From contig JALWNK010000063.1 in NCBI GenBank assembly GCA_026995935.1, forward strand, positions 20,684-84,683: DNA of 64,000 bases, given 5' to 3'. The translations under genes were made by a program, and so were the position numbers. This DNA is from Deltaproteobacteria bacterium. Lineage in GTDB: Bacteria > Desulfobacterota > Dissulfuribacteria > Dissulfuribacterales > QOAL01. This document shows positions 49,473 to 59,847 of this stretch, in pieces. The notes beneath the pieces are model-generated. The model was not told where the DNA came from and ran no database searches. It saw only the letters and a list, made by a program, of their open reading frames with translations. How positions within the stretch are numbered: the first letter of the stretch is position 1; every line of letters starts with the position of its first letter.

Positions 49473-50825
49473 ATGAAATCTGAGCGTTTGCGTATTTTCT
49501 TTTGTTTCCTTTTTGGCGTTGCCATTCTTGGGCTCATGGCAACGGTCATATACATAAACCCTGGAAATCTGGCAGTTGCTGAGGATGACGACAACACCAC
49601 CTATCATCAGCTCAAGCTTTTTTCCCAGGTCCTTGATCTTGTAGAGCGTGATTATGTTGAGCCGGTAAAGCCCAAAAAACTCATCTATGGGGCAATCCAG
49701 GGCATGCTTAGCTCCCTTGATCCCCATTCTGCCTTCATGAAGCCAGAAGATTTCAAGGAGCTTCAGGTAGAGACCAAGGGCAAGTTTACGGGTATAGGAA
49801 TAGAAATAACCATAAAAGATGGCGTCTTGACAGTTGTCTCACCCATTGAAGGCACTCCAGCCTTTAAGGCAGGGATCCAGGCAAACGACAAGATCCTTAA
49901 GATAAACGGCAAAAGCACAAAAAACATGAGCCTTATACAGGCGGTCAAACTGCTTCGGGGGCCAAAGGGCACAACCGTTACCATATCCATTTACAGAAGT
50001 GGTTGGAACAAACTGAAGGACGTGAAGCTCGTCCGCGACGTTATTCCAATAAAGAGCGTACGTTCCAAGTTGCTGGAGGACGGGTACGGTTACGTTCGCA
50101 TCACGAATTTTCAGTCCAAGACAGAAAAAGAGCTTAGGAAATCCTTAAGGAGGCTTGAAGACAAGGGAAAGCTCAAGGGGCTTATCCTTGATCTCAGGAA
50201 CAACCCGGGAGGTCTTCTTGACCAGGCCGTTGCCGTAAGCGACGAGTTCCTTGAATCAGGCCTGATTGTCTATACTGACGGTCGCCTGGAGGATTCCAAG
50301 ATGCGGTTTTACGCAAAGCCCAACCGGGTGCATCATAATTATCCAATTGTAATCCTTGTTAACGGAGGAAGCGCCAGTGCCTCTGAGATCGTCTCTGGGG
50401 CCTTGCAGGACAACAAACGGGCAGTAATAGTTGGAACTCAGACCTTTGGGAAGGGTTCTGTCCAGACCATAATTCCCCTGGAGGGGGGGGCGGCCATAAG
50501 GCTCACCACTGCCAGATACTACACACCAAGCGGAAGGTCCATCCAGGCAAAGGGCATTACCCCAGACATCGTGGTACCCTTTTTACCTCCTTCAAAGGAG
50601 AAAGAGGAAAAGGATGTTTTTCACTTCATAAAGGAAAAGGACCTTGAGGGGCATCTTAAGGGTGACGGAGAGGATTCTCAAAAGAAAAAGAACTCCACAG
50701 CCAAGAAGTTCAAGGAGAAGGACGCCTCCGAGCTTCTGAAGAAGGATAATCAGCTCCGGGAAGGGCTTAGAATACTTAAGGCCTTTAATATCTACAAGGA
50801 GCTAAAGGTCCAAGGGAACAGTTGA
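49473..50825 (+). CDS. ctpA: Carboxy-terminal processing protease (S41A)
   Basis: LDPHS, PDZ GIGI, DLRNNPGG, SASASE, TFGKGSVQ. Confidence 0.93.
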   Translation: MKSERLRIFFCFLFGVAILGLMATVIYINPGNLAVAEDDDNTTYHQLKLFSQVLDLVERDYVEPVKPKKLIYGAIQGMLSSLDPHSAFMKPEDFKELQVETKGKFTGIGIEITIKDGVLTVVSPIEGTPAFKAGIQANDKILKINGKSTKNMSLIQAVKLLRGPKGTTVTISIYRSGWNKLKDVKLVRDVIPIKSVRSKLLEDGYGYVRITNFQSKTEKELRKSLRRLEDKGKLKGLILDLRNNPGGLLDQAVAVSDEFLESGLIVYTDGRLEDSKMRFYAKPNRVHHNYPIVILVNGGSASASEIVSGALQDNKRAVIVGTQTFGKGSVQTIIPLEGGAAIRLTTARYYTPSGRSIQAKGITPDIVVPFLPPSKEKEEKDVFHFIKEKDLEGHLKGDGEDSQKKKNSTAKKFKEKDASELLKKDNQLREGLRILKAFNIYKELKVQGNS

Positions 50826-50831
50826 TAGTAG

Positions 50832-51740
50832 GTGCCTTCAAGGAAATCGGGGAAGAGAAGATCCTCCAAAAGGAAAAAGGGACCTGAACCTACAAGGTTC
50901 AAGGGCCTTTTCCTTCATGTAATAATATTTCTCTTTCTGACCTTCCCTTTAGCCATTGTCCTTCTTGTGCCAACACCGCCTGTTGAACGCGGTTCTCATC
51001 CTGTCTATGAGGAATTTACCAAGGCCCCCAAGACCCCTCCTGTCAAGAAGAGAAAAAAGAAGGCAAAAAGCGCTGAAAAAAAACTGCCCCTGGTCGCAAT
51101 AATAATTGATGACATGGGTTACGATTACAACCTGGATAAAGAATTTATCCTGCTTGACGCCCCTCTTTCATTTGCCTTTTTGCCCTATGGGCCAAACACC
51201 AAAAGACTTGTGCACATTGCCCACAAGAAAAAAAGGGATATACTTGTGCACCTTCCAATGGAGCCTGAGAACAAGGCGTTGGATCCAGGTCCAGGCGTGC
51301 TCATGGTTGACATGGGGTTTGATGAGCTGATTGATACCCTTAAACGGAATATAAGCTGTGTTCCAGGGGCCATAGGGGTGAACAACCACATGGGCTCGCG
51401 TTTTACTGCCGACGCCAGGGCAATGGAATATGTCCTTGCCTATCTCAAGGAGAGGGGGCTTTTTTTTGTTGACAGTCGTACAACCAAGGAAACCATTGCC
51501 TTTGAGACTGCAAAAAAAATGGGGGTTCCTTGCGCTGAACGAGCTGTCTTTCTGGACCATGACAACAACAAACAAAAGATAGGCCATGAATTAGAGCGCC
51601 TGGTGAGGGTTGCCAAGAAAAACGGAGCTGCCATAGCCATAGGGCATCCCTACAAAAATACATATGAGGTGCTTTTTCAGCGCCTTCCCATTATAAGGAA
51701 GGAGGTAAGGCTTGTGCCAGTGCATATGCTCGTTCATTAA
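50832..51740 (+). CDS. Divergent polysaccharide deacetylase family protein
   Basis: AIIIDDMG, HLPMEP, NNHMGS, FVDSRT, AIGHP. Confidence 0.92.
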   Translation: MPSRKSGKRRSSKRKKGPEPTRFKGLFLHVIIFLFLTFPLAIVLLVPTPPVERGSHPVYEEFTKAPKTPPVKKRKKKAKSAEKKLPLVAIIIDDMGYDYNLDKEFILLDAPLSFAFLPYGPNTKRLVHIAHKKKRDILVHLPMEPENKALDPGPGVLMVDMGFDELIDTLKRNISCVPGAIGVNNHMGSRFTADARAMEYVLAYLKERGLFFVDSRTTKETIAFETAKKMGVPCAERAVFLDHDNNKQKIGHELERLVRVAKKNGAAIAIGHPYKNTYEVLFQRLPIIRKEVRLVPVHMLVH

Positions 51741-53668
51741 TGGTCCGAAATCTTTCCTTCATCTTCTGACAAATGGCTGACGGTCTGAATGCCTTCTGAC
51801 ATATCTTCTCTCCTCCTTCTATTTGTCAGGTTCAGCAGTATGTCCTTTTCCACAGAACGAAGGTGGATATCGCGTTGTGGAAAGGGGATCTCTATGCCTG
51901 CTTCAGTCAGGGCCTTGTAGATGATAAGCAGAAACATCGATGTGGTTGCGTTGGGTCTCGTGATATCTGGACCGTTTATCCATATTCTTAAATAGAAGTT
52001 TAGGCTGCTGTCTCCCATTTCCTTCAATATTACACTGGGCTGTCTTAACGGAGACCTGTGGATCTGGGTGTAGTTACATTTATCTATGGCCCCCAGTACC
52101 ACATCTGCAACCCGTTGAGGATCTGTTCCATATGCAGTGCTGAAGGGGATGTCAAAACGTCTTATTTTGTCCTTCATTGTCCAGTTGATTACCCTTTGTT
52201 GTATGAAATCCTGGTTTGGGACGATTATGTCAATATTTGCGTTGGTGTTTATAGTCATGGAGCGCATCCTGATGTCAACGACCCTGCCCCTTAGTTTTTC
52301 ATCGAATTCAATATAGTCCCCAATTTTTACACTTCGTTCAAACATCAGGATTATGCCAGATACGAAATTTGCCACTATATTTTGAAGTCCAAATCCAATT
52401 CCCACAGTAAGCGCACCGGCAACAAGGGCAAAGGATGACAGGTCTATGCCTACCATCTTGAGCCCTGTAAGGAACCCCAAGATCACTATGGCGTAGTAGC
52501 CAAGATTTGCCAGGAGCGTTCTGGTTGCCTGGGTGAGTGTCCTGTTTGCGAGGCTTATACGGTTGATGTTCTTCTTGTATATATTTCCAAATATAAAGCC
52601 GAGCAGAAGGGCCACTAGGGCCATGAAGAGCTTCATAATGCTAATTGGCGTCCCGTCTATGGAAAATATGGGCTCGTTTATTGTCTTAAAAAACTTGGTC
52701 ATAAGGAGTTTGATCTCCTGTAGTGCCTGGAGGTGAAATGTACGTGCCATGCCAAAGACCAAGGTCTCCATGGTATTAAGGAGCTGGGCTATTTCGCTGC
52801 TTAACTCAGGCTCTCCGTTAAGGGCCTTGGCAAGTTCCATAATCTGGCTACCCGTGTCAAAGGCGCTCTTATTCTTGTTTTTAAGCTCGAAACTGAACTT
52901 GAGAAAAAGGATTCCCAATCGGTCTGTGAGAAGTTTTTGTTTCTGAGCCTCCATGGCTTCAATTACTTTTCCAAGTTTGGCTGCCTTGTCATTTCTCTGA
53001 AGAAGGTTGAGCCTTTCCAGCTCTATACGGGCAGCCCTGATCTTGGCTTCAATTTGGTCTAAAGAGGCGCTGTTTTGGTCAAGCATCTTCCTGGTCTTGG
53101 AAAGATCCAGGGAGAGATGGGGAAGGGCCTTGACCATGAGTTTAGGAGTCTGTTTAATGGCCTGAGAGAGTGAAGCAAGGCGTTCCTGAAAGAATTCCAG
53201 GCTCTTTTTGTAAAAGGCGTACTGCAGCTCCAGTGTCAAAAGCCTTGGGGATGTGTTTGGCAAGAGGTCTATCTGGTTTTTAAGCATCTCCAGATTGTCC
53301 TTTGATTCCTCTATCTTTTTTACTAGTTCCGCCTTATCTTCTGCCCAGGAAAGAAACTTTGAAAAAAGATCCAGATACTCGTTTTGATTTGTTGGCTCGG
53401 GGACGTCTATTTTGGTTTTCGGTTTGGAAGAAGAAAAATAGATAAGTCTCTGAAGTAGGGTTTTCTGTAGGAGGATCTCGTCGCTTGTTGCATTAGAACT
53501 GTCTAAGCTTTCAAGGAGTTTTTTGTAATAGGCAGGGTCCCACTTAAGCAGGTTTGGGTCGATTTTTGATCCAAGTGCCCTTTGGCACAACAAAAAGCCA
53601 GAAAGAAAAATGGTGGTTACGGCGAAAATGGCAAAGAGTCTATTTATTTGTTCTTTACAGATTGACAT
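51737..53668 (-). CDS. MscS family mechanosensitive channel with large periplasmic N-terminal domain
   Basis: GALTVGIGFGLQNIVANFVSGII, IIVPN, GIEIPFPQRDI. Confidence 0.9.
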   Translation of the reverse strand: MSICKEQINRLFAIFAVTTIFLSGFLLCQRALGSKIDPNLLKWDPAYYKKLLESLDSSNATSDEILLQKTLLQRLIYFSSSKPKTKIDVPEPTNQNEYLDLFSKFLSWAEDKAELVKKIEESKDNLEMLKNQIDLLPNTSPRLLTLELQYAFYKKSLEFFQERLASLSQAIKQTPKLMVKALPHLSLDLSKTRKMLDQNSASLDQIEAKIRAARIELERLNLLQRNDKAAKLGKVIEAMEAQKQKLLTDRLGILFLKFSFELKNKNKSAFDTGSQIMELAKALNGEPELSSEIAQLLNTMETLVFGMARTFHLQALQEIKLLMTKFFKTINEPIFSIDGTPISIMKLFMALVALLLGFIFGNIYKKNINRISLANRTLTQATRTLLANLGYYAIVILGFLTGLKMVGIDLSSFALVAGALTVGIGFGLQNIVANFVSGIILMFERSVKIGDYIEFDEKLRGRVVDIRMRSMTINTNANIDIIVPNQDFIQQRVINWTMKDKIRRFDIPFSTAYGTDPQRVADVVLGAIDKCNYTQIHRSPLRQPSVILKEMGDSSLNFYLRIWINGPDITRPNATTSMFLLIIYKALTEAGIEIPFPQRDIHLRSVEKDILLNLTNRRRREDMSEGIQTVSHLSEDEGKISDH

Positions 53669-53842
53669 TTGGATCTCCAGGGCTGAATTGGTTATATTTT
53701 TACGGCCTTACAGGCTCATGGTTTTTTTAAGACGACTATCACAGCGGATTTTATGTATAAACTTAGCCTCTTAAACATCAAAGTATAAAAACTCACGGGA
53801 ATTTTATTGTCCCGTAACACTATTAACCATTGAGAAAGGCCA

Positions 53843-54241
53843 ATGACAAAAGAAATCGATAAAAAAAAGTACGGTGAAAAGGCTATCAGGGAGGCCCGGC
53901 TTGAACCGTGGCCCAATCCATCTCCTGAGAGGGATTATCTCATTGAGATTTCCTTTCCGGAGTTCACCTGTCTTTGTCCAAGGTCGGGGTATCCTGATTT
54001 TGCGACAATAAGAATAAGCTATGTACCAGGAGACTATATAGTTGAGCTTAAATCCCTGAAGCTATATTTGAACAGTTTTCGTGACAGGCATATATCCCAC
54101 GAAGAGGCCACAAACAGGATCTTTGGTGACCTATCAGAGGCCATTAACCCCAAGTCCTTGAAAGTTGTTGGAGATTTTCACCCAAGGGGTAACGTACACA
54201 CTGTGGTGACAGTGGAAGAAGGCCTTGTGACTAAGAGTTGA
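53843..54241 (+). CDS. queF: NADPH-dependent 7-cyano-7-deazaguanine reductase
   Basis: [31 protein letters not shown]. Confidence 0.95.
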   Translation: MTKEIDKKKYGEKAIREARLEPWPNPSPERDYLIEISFPEFTCLCPRSGYPDFATIRISYVPGDYIVELKSLKLYLNSFRDRHISHEEATNRIFGDLSEAINPKSLKVVGDFHPRGNVHTVVTVEEGLVTKS

Positions 54242-54590
54242 GCACCGATTCAACCTTGGTTTCGAGTTCCTTCTTGTCAATAGGTTTTACACAGTACTCC
54301 CTGGCTCCAAGGGCCAGGGTCTGCCTGGCGGTGTCTATGGTGGGGTAACCTGTAAGCATCATGGCCTTTATTTCGGGGTCTATTTTCTTCAGTTCTTCCA
54401 GGACTTCCACTCCTGTCATCTTTTTGAGTTTGATATCAAGGATTGCCAGGTCGACCTTGTTGTTCTTTACATAATCAATGGCCTCTTCTTCTTCTGTAAA
54501 AGGGATCACCTCGTGTCCCTTTTTTTCCAGAATCTTTTTTATGAGAATGCCTGCATCTTTAACGTCATCAAGTACTATAATTTTTGCCAT
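54231..54590 (-). CDS. Single-domain response regulator
   Basis: VLDD, ILDIKL, MLTG, YCVKP. Confidence 0.92.
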   Translation of the reverse strand: MAKIIVLDDVKDAGILIKKILEKKGHEVIPFTEEEEAIDYVKNNKVDLAILDIKLKKMTGVEVLEELKKIDPEIKAMMLTGYPTIDTARQTLALGAREYCVKPIDKKELETKVESVLNS

Positions 54591-54672
54591 GATTTGTCCC
54601 CTTTAAAATACAACGCCAGGTCTTTTTCCCGCTTCAAGAGCAAATGAATAGGATTCACGTAATTTTATTTCA

Positions 54673-55608
54673 TTAAGAAGGCTTTATGTCAACATGTTTT
54701 AGATAAGTGATTTTTTTCATTAGCTGTTCTTCCATTTCATCTATCTTTGCACCCACTGTCCTTGTTACCCTGTTGGCAAAGGCCGCACAGAACTGCAAGA
54801 AATCGCCAAAGTCCCTTATCTCGTCAAAGTCTTCCCTGAGGCTGTCCTCCATTTCCTTGATTAGAAGGTAACCGTTGAGCTCCACCTCTGCACGTACGTA
54901 ATGGGCCTCGGGGGTAATTACTATCATGCGTATGTCCTTTATGTCCTCAACCAGGGGAAAGGCCTCGATCTGCCTGCGCACCTCTTCCTGGAGCTCTTCA
55001 GGTGAGGCCTTTTCTATCAGATATTCCAGGTTCTCCTTGATAAGAATTATGGCAATAACTGCCAATATTATTCCAACTATTATGGAGCCTGTTGAGTCCC
55101 AGTAAGTTTGCCCTGTAATCTTGGTCAGTACTATAGCCAGGGCTGCAAGTACAAGGCTTAAAAGGGCCGCCCCATCCTCAAGGAGCACTGCCAGATTCGC
55201 GGTGTCGCCCTCTCTGTGCTGGCGCAGGGCCACAAAGAATGAATAGCCCTCTGCTATGAAGGAGACTGCAAGGACCCAGAAGGTCCACTTATTTATTTCT
55301 GGGTCGTGGTGGTGGAGCAGGCTTATTATACCGTGGTAGACCGTCACTCCCGCTCCCACGAAGAAGATGCCGCATGCAGAGATGAGGCCCCATACAAAGC
55401 GCTCCTGTCCACGGCCAAATGGATACTCCTTGGAAGGTCCTATACGGCTTCGTTTAAGCCCAATAAGTAGCAGGGCCTGGTTGGCCGTGTCTGCAGCCGA
55501 ATGGATGGCCTCTGCAAGCATGGATGCGCTGCCGCCCATGATTCCCACTATGAACTTTAGCGTACATACAATGAGGTTTGCGCTGATGGCTGTTGTTACA
55601 GCATGCAT
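54673..55608 (-). CDS. Cation diffusion facilitator family transporter
   Basis: SMLAEAIHSAADTANQ, YPFG, LLEDGAA. Confidence 0.9.
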   Translation of the reverse strand: MHAVTTAISANLIVCTLKFIVGIMGGSASMLAEAIHSAADTANQALLLIGLKRSRIGPSKEYPFGRGQERFVWGLISACGIFFVGAGVTVYHGIISLLHHHDPEINKWTFWVLAVSFIAEGYSFFVALRQHREGDTANLAVLLEDGAALLSLVLAALAIVLTKITGQTYWDSTGSIIVGIILAVIAIILIKENLEYLIEKASPEELQEEVRRQIEAFPLVEDIKDIRMIVITPEAHYVRAEVELNGYLLIKEMEDSLREDFDEIRDFGDFLQFCAAFANRVTRTVGAKIDEMEEQLMKKITYLKHVDIKPS

Positions 55609-55631
55609 ATACTTAAAGCCTCTCCTGGTGG

Positions 55632-58600
55632 CTATTTTGAGGAATGAAATCCCATACCGGCTCTGCGCCAGCTAAATGGGACAAGTTCTCCAGTGACAAG
55701 TTCCAGGTTTTTGAAGCCACCTTTTTTATTCCTTCTCTTTATTCCCAAGGTCACCCTTTCTCCCTTTTTCATGAAGAAAAGTTCAAGCTTGAGATCATAT
55801 ATATCCTTTACGGTCTTACCACCTACTTGCGTTATTATATCTCCCTTTTTTATACCTGCCCTGGACGCAGGGCTTCCAGGCACGACAGCCTCCACGGTGA
55901 GCCGGTTTTCACCTGAAAGTAGCACGCCAAGCTTTGGCGTAAAGGGCGCTTCCACTTGAGGTGCATGGAGGAAAAGGTCGGCTCTGGCAGGGTCATCTGG
56001 ATCGTTGTTAAAAAGGGCCTTAACCTGGGTTATTTCTGGGAGTCTCTTTTTCACCCTGGAAGGTATCCCATAGCCATATTCAACGTGTCCTCCACCCACC
56101 AATACCACCATGTTGTGCTCAGGGTGTCTTTTCAAGTAATTTGTTATGGTCTGCGCCATGGTCTCGTCCCATGCGATTTGGGCCTGGAAAAAATTCTCAA
56201 AGTCGTCAAGTTCGCCAGAGTTGTGATTTGCATAAACCTTTTTCAGATATCTCTTGTACAAATCATTGGTGAAATCAAGTTCGACTGGCAGTGCCTTTCG
56301 TTCCTCTTGGTTCAGGGATGAAATGCCCTTTCTGGCAATCTTTTTTGATATTTCGGTCGGAAGGTTAAGTGCCACTATGGGAATGGCGTTTTCCTTGCAG
56401 TATTCTACAATTGGCCTGTAAAAGTGGTAGTTAAATGCCCACCTTTTGAAGTATTCGCTTTTCCTCAAGAATTCCTTTTCACTGATTTTTCCTTTAAGGT
56501 AGCTGTCAATAACCCCCTGAAAGGGCCTCTGAAACATCTCCATGCCCACTGCCAGCCTTTCCTTACTTGAAAGTTCCTTGATTATCCTGAGCTGGGCCTG
56601 GTGTATGCCTTCCTGGTCATGTTTTTCGCCTAGGTAGACGACCCGATGGCCTTCAAGTCCTTTTGTTATACCGTGTATTGATTTTATATTTTGGGAAAAG
56701 ATTCCAGAAAGCCCAAGTGTCACCCTTTGGTCAATGCCTCTTTCAAAATCAGCAGCCTTTTTGGCTTTCAATACACCTGACTTGAATCTCAAAAGGGAAA
56801 ACCTTCCGTAATGGGGTATTTTGTGGATTGCCTGCTGTAACTCCTTTGCTGAAGAGGCCTTGAGGAGGGCAACAACATGATTTTTGTTCAAGGGATTTAG
56901 TCCCAGCCTTATTGTTACACCCTCAACCCTTTCTTCAATTTCTGGACAGAAGGACTCAAGCCTCCCGGTTACAGAGCCGAGGACCAGGAAGGCCCCTTCC
57001 TTGAGCATACCATGTTTCAGGGTCTTCCTTTCTATGGGTCTAAAGCCCCTTGCCCTGAAAAAAGAGATGGCAGGCTTATAGATCAATAGCTCTTTTTTTT
57101 CTGGAAGCACCATGAGCCTTTTTTCTGCCCCAAGAAGTCTTGAGAGGGAAGGGGGAAACTCGCCCTGGGAAAGGTCCCTCATAAGGTCAAAAGCGTGGTC
57201 AAGAATCACCAGTCTCGGTTGATGTTTAGTCTCAAGTCTTACCTCTATCTGTGCCGTGCACATTCGTATGACAAAATTTTCCGTGCCCTTCTCCGTAAGT
57301 ATGCGTACAGGAATATCAAGCTCATATGGCTTTTCGTTTTCCTGGGAGATATCAAGTATCAGGTTAAAGGTACCGTCTTCATTTTTTTCCTCCCAGCAGC
57401 CCTTTATACTTATCACAGGCACATCGGTGCGGTTTAGCCACTGGTCAAAAAAAGCATGAAGCCTGTGTGCGGAGTATCGGGATGAAAAAAGTTGCTCAAT
57501 ATCCTTCCAGGAAGCGGTCTTAAAGCGGAAGTCTTTGGAGAAACGGGAGATTTCAGAGAAAAAGGCCTCATCACCCACCATCCTTCTTAGCATGTGGAAA
57601 ACCATGGCTCCCTTTCCATAGCCGACGGCCTTGGAGATCCGGTCATATCTCGACCTGAACCTGGAGAGGGCCAAGGAATTTGTGGAATCATGCACGTAGC
57701 TTTTGTAATCGGAGAGGATGTTGTGACGGTAGAGGGCGCCTTTTCCCTGTTTTTCCTCCATGAGGTAGTCTGCCATGTATGTGGTAAGGCCTTCGCACCA
57801 GTTACCCCCTTTTTCTGCAACCAGAACCGAATTCCCGAACCAGGAATGTACAAATTCGTGGATCAGGGAGGTATTGAGCACAAAGGGTTTATCGATTATC
57901 TGGGAACCAATGAGGGTTATGGTTGGAACCGTAACACCTGTTGGTGCAGGGTTTTCAACTACCTGAAAGCGCTTAAAGGGATAGGGAGAAAGAAGCCTTT
58001 CATAGGTGACAAGTCCCTCTTTCAAGGCATCAAGTATCTTTTTTGAAAGTTTTGGCCTCTTTTTAAGCGTATAGACGAAAAGCCTTACGCCATTTTTTCT
58101 TGCCTCCGTAACACTGAACCTTCCTGCTGCCACTGTTATTGACTCTCTCACGTGATCAAAAATAAATGTAACCTCTTTGGTTTTCCCTTGGTGCCTTTCA
58201 ACGACCTCATCAGACTCTGAAACGGGTGTAAGCTTGCTACTAATGGTCAAGGTGAGCCTGTATGTGGCAGGCCTGTCAAGTATCGGACACCAAGAGTCCA
58301 TCAACAGTACATAATCTTTTGAGATAAGATTTCTTCCCCGAACAGGAGACTTTCCAGAAACCCTGGTTTCAAAGAATATCCTTACCCTGGTTGCAGGGGT
58401 GATACTTCCTTTAACCGTAAGAGTATCACCGGTTTTGGCAAAGGGGATATCCGCGCCATTTTGTGTCTCAAGCTTGATGATCCTGGCAGAACCGGTCTTT
58501 AGCTTTCCTGACCTCAACACGGAAAAAGGGGCTTGGACCTCTCCTTTGACCTTTGATTTGACAGTGTCAACTGTGGCATGGACAAGTATCTCAGGGACGC

Positions 58601-58688
58601 TGTCGCTTGCCTGGCACGCCGGCTCAAGCAAATGCCATGTCATAAACATGAAGGGTATTAAAAGGAGGCTTTTTATCATAAAGGTCAT
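55632..58688 (-). CDS. Secreted M1-type zinc aminopeptidase / ChaN (Tiki-superfamily) / PDZ fusion protein
   Basis: Signal peptide; HEFVH..EGLTTY, YGKG; VYLGEKHD..GMEMFQ..WDETMA..GGGHV (ChaN); C-terminal PDZ (GSPASRAGIKKGD). Confidence 0.85.
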   Translation of the reverse strand: MTFMIKSLLLIPFMFMTWHLLEPACQASDSVPEILVHATVDTVKSKVKGEVQAPFSVLRSGKLKTGSARIIKLETQNGADIPFAKTGDTLTVKGSITPATRVRIFFETRVSGKSPVRGRNLISKDYVLLMDSWCPILDRPATYRLTLTISSKLTPVSESDEVVERHQGKTKEVTFIFDHVRESITVAAGRFSVTEARKNGVRLFVYTLKKRPKLSKKILDALKEGLVTYERLLSPYPFKRFQVVENPAPTGVTVPTITLIGSQIIDKPFVLNTSLIHEFVHSWFGNSVLVAEKGGNWCEGLTTYMADYLMEEKQGKGALYRHNILSDYKSYVHDSTNSLALSRFRSRYDRISKAVGYGKGAMVFHMLRRMVGDEAFFSEISRFSKDFRFKTASWKDIEQLFSSRYSAHRLHAFFDQWLNRTDVPVISIKGCWEEKNEDGTFNLILDISQENEKPYELDIPVRILTEKGTENFVIRMCTAQIEVRLETKHQPRLVILDHAFDLMRDLSQGEFPPSLSRLLGAEKRLMVLPEKKELLIYKPAISFFRARGFRPIERKTLKHGMLKEGAFLVLGSVTGRLESFCPEIEERVEGVTIRLGLNPLNKNHVVALLKASSAKELQQAIHKIPHYGRFSLLRFKSGVLKAKKAADFERGIDQRVTLGLSGIFSQNIKSIHGITKGLEGHRVVYLGEKHDQEGIHQAQLRIIKELSSKERLAVGMEMFQRPFQGVIDSYLKGKISEKEFLRKSEYFKRWAFNYHFYRPIVEYCKENAIPIVALNLPTEISKKIARKGISSLNQEERKALPVELDFTNDLYKRYLKKVYANHNSGELDDFENFFQAQIAWDETMAQTITNYLKRHPEHNMVVLVGGGHVEYGYGIPSRVKKRLPEITQVKALFNNDPDDPARADLFLHAPQVEAPFTPKLGVLLSGENRLTVEAVVPGSPASRAGIKKGDIITQVGGKTVKDIYDLKLELFFMKKGERVTLGIKRRNKKGGFKNLELVTGELVPFSWRRAGMGFHSSK

Positions 58689-58704
58689 GCGATTCTCCTT
58701 GATA

Positions 58705-59760
58705 TTATCTGTAGATGAGCAAGAATATCCCGGTTGCCATTACCACACTTACTATCCTCAGGGACTGACCCACTAAAAGCAGGGCAAGGCCGGTTCCAGG
58801 GGTGTATATGCCAAGATACCTTGGAAGCTGGTGTCTTAAGGCCCTGATGGGCGTTGCGATTATGTTCCCGAGAACCAGGGCGATAACCGTTTCTTTTACA
58901 GTTAATACCCCTTCCTGAAGCATGGCCCCTGCAGCTGCGGCCCCTGCTGAAAATTCAGTGACTATGCTGAAAACCACCACTGAAATGCCCTCAACTGGGA
59001 TGGCATTGGTCTTTAAAATATTGGCAGTTGCATGCTGAAGCATATCAAAGAATCCGTGAAGCCTCAAAAGTACCACCAGCATGTAGATTGGGACAGTGTA
59101 GAGTGCAATGGAAAAGAGCCTTTTTGTTACGTATTTCTTGAAAAGTGGCATTATGCCCTGTTTTTGCCCTTCTTTTCCCCCAAAGTCCTCAAGCCCTTGG
59201 GGCTTGTCCTTGCCATTTTTGAGAATAAGCCTTCCAGCCAAAATTATGAGGATGGTCCTTATAACAGCTGCCATAAAGGTGATGGCCATATAGAGGATTC
59301 CAGCTTCCCGGGCAAGGGGCACAATAATGGCGAATGTCACAGGAAGGTGCAGAAAGTACGAGGGAAGCCCAACATTTAACAAGGCCGAAAGGAACATCTC
59401 TTTCTTGGAGATCTTGCCTTCCTTGTATGAGTTCCAAAGCATGGTATTTGCTGCGATGCCGGAAAGAAAGGCGGTTGTAAAGGCAGTGGCACTCCAGTCA
59501 CTTAGATTGCCAAGACGTATTAGAGGCCGGGATATGGCTGCAACCATCCTTGACCAGCCCTTGGCCTCGATAACTGCCGTGAGAAAAAGGGTGCCAGCCA
59601 TAACGGCCATGAGTCTCAAAAGTGGAAAAAAGACGCGCGACCACAGAAAGGGGAGATTGAAATGGGTTTCTTTCAATAGCAGAACAAGTAGAAAAATGGC
59701 CAGAAGGACCCAGAAGGTAGTGTTAAGCCTTTGCCTTATTCTTTTCCCTGACCGATTCAT
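58705..59760 (-). CDS. Nucleoside-recognition (Gate) domain membrane protein
   Basis: Many TMs; AFLSGIAANTML, LPSYFLHLP, RALRHQLP. Confidence 0.7.
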   Translation of the reverse strand: MNRSGKRIRQRLNTTFWVLLAIFLLVLLLKETHFNLPFLWSRVFFPLLRLMAVMAGTLFLTAVIEAKGWSRMVAAISRPLIRLGNLSDWSATAFTTAFLSGIAANTMLWNSYKEGKISKKEMFLSALLNVGLPSYFLHLPVTFAIIVPLAREAGILYMAITFMAAVIRTILIILAGRLILKNGKDKPQGLEDFGGKEGQKQGIMPLFKKYVTKRLFSIALYTVPIYMLVVLLRLHGFFDMLQHATANILKTNAIPVEGISVVVFSIVTEFSAGAAAAGAMLQEGVLTVKETVIALVLGNIIATPIRALRHQLPRYLGIYTPGTGLALLLVGQSLRIVSVVMATGIFLLIYR

Positions 59761-59847
59761 GGCCGAAGTTTAAGCAGAGTTACCTGGGAATAAAAGGAAA
59801 AAATTGAAATCTTTACTTTGACCCATGTCTGTACAATATTTTTTGGT

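Noticed and set aside
53795-53830. preQ1-I riboswitch upstream of queF
   Set aside because: A hairpin ACGGGA/TCCCGT exists, but the loop lacks the UUC-type preQ1 consensus and there is no proper A-rich tail or pseudoknot.
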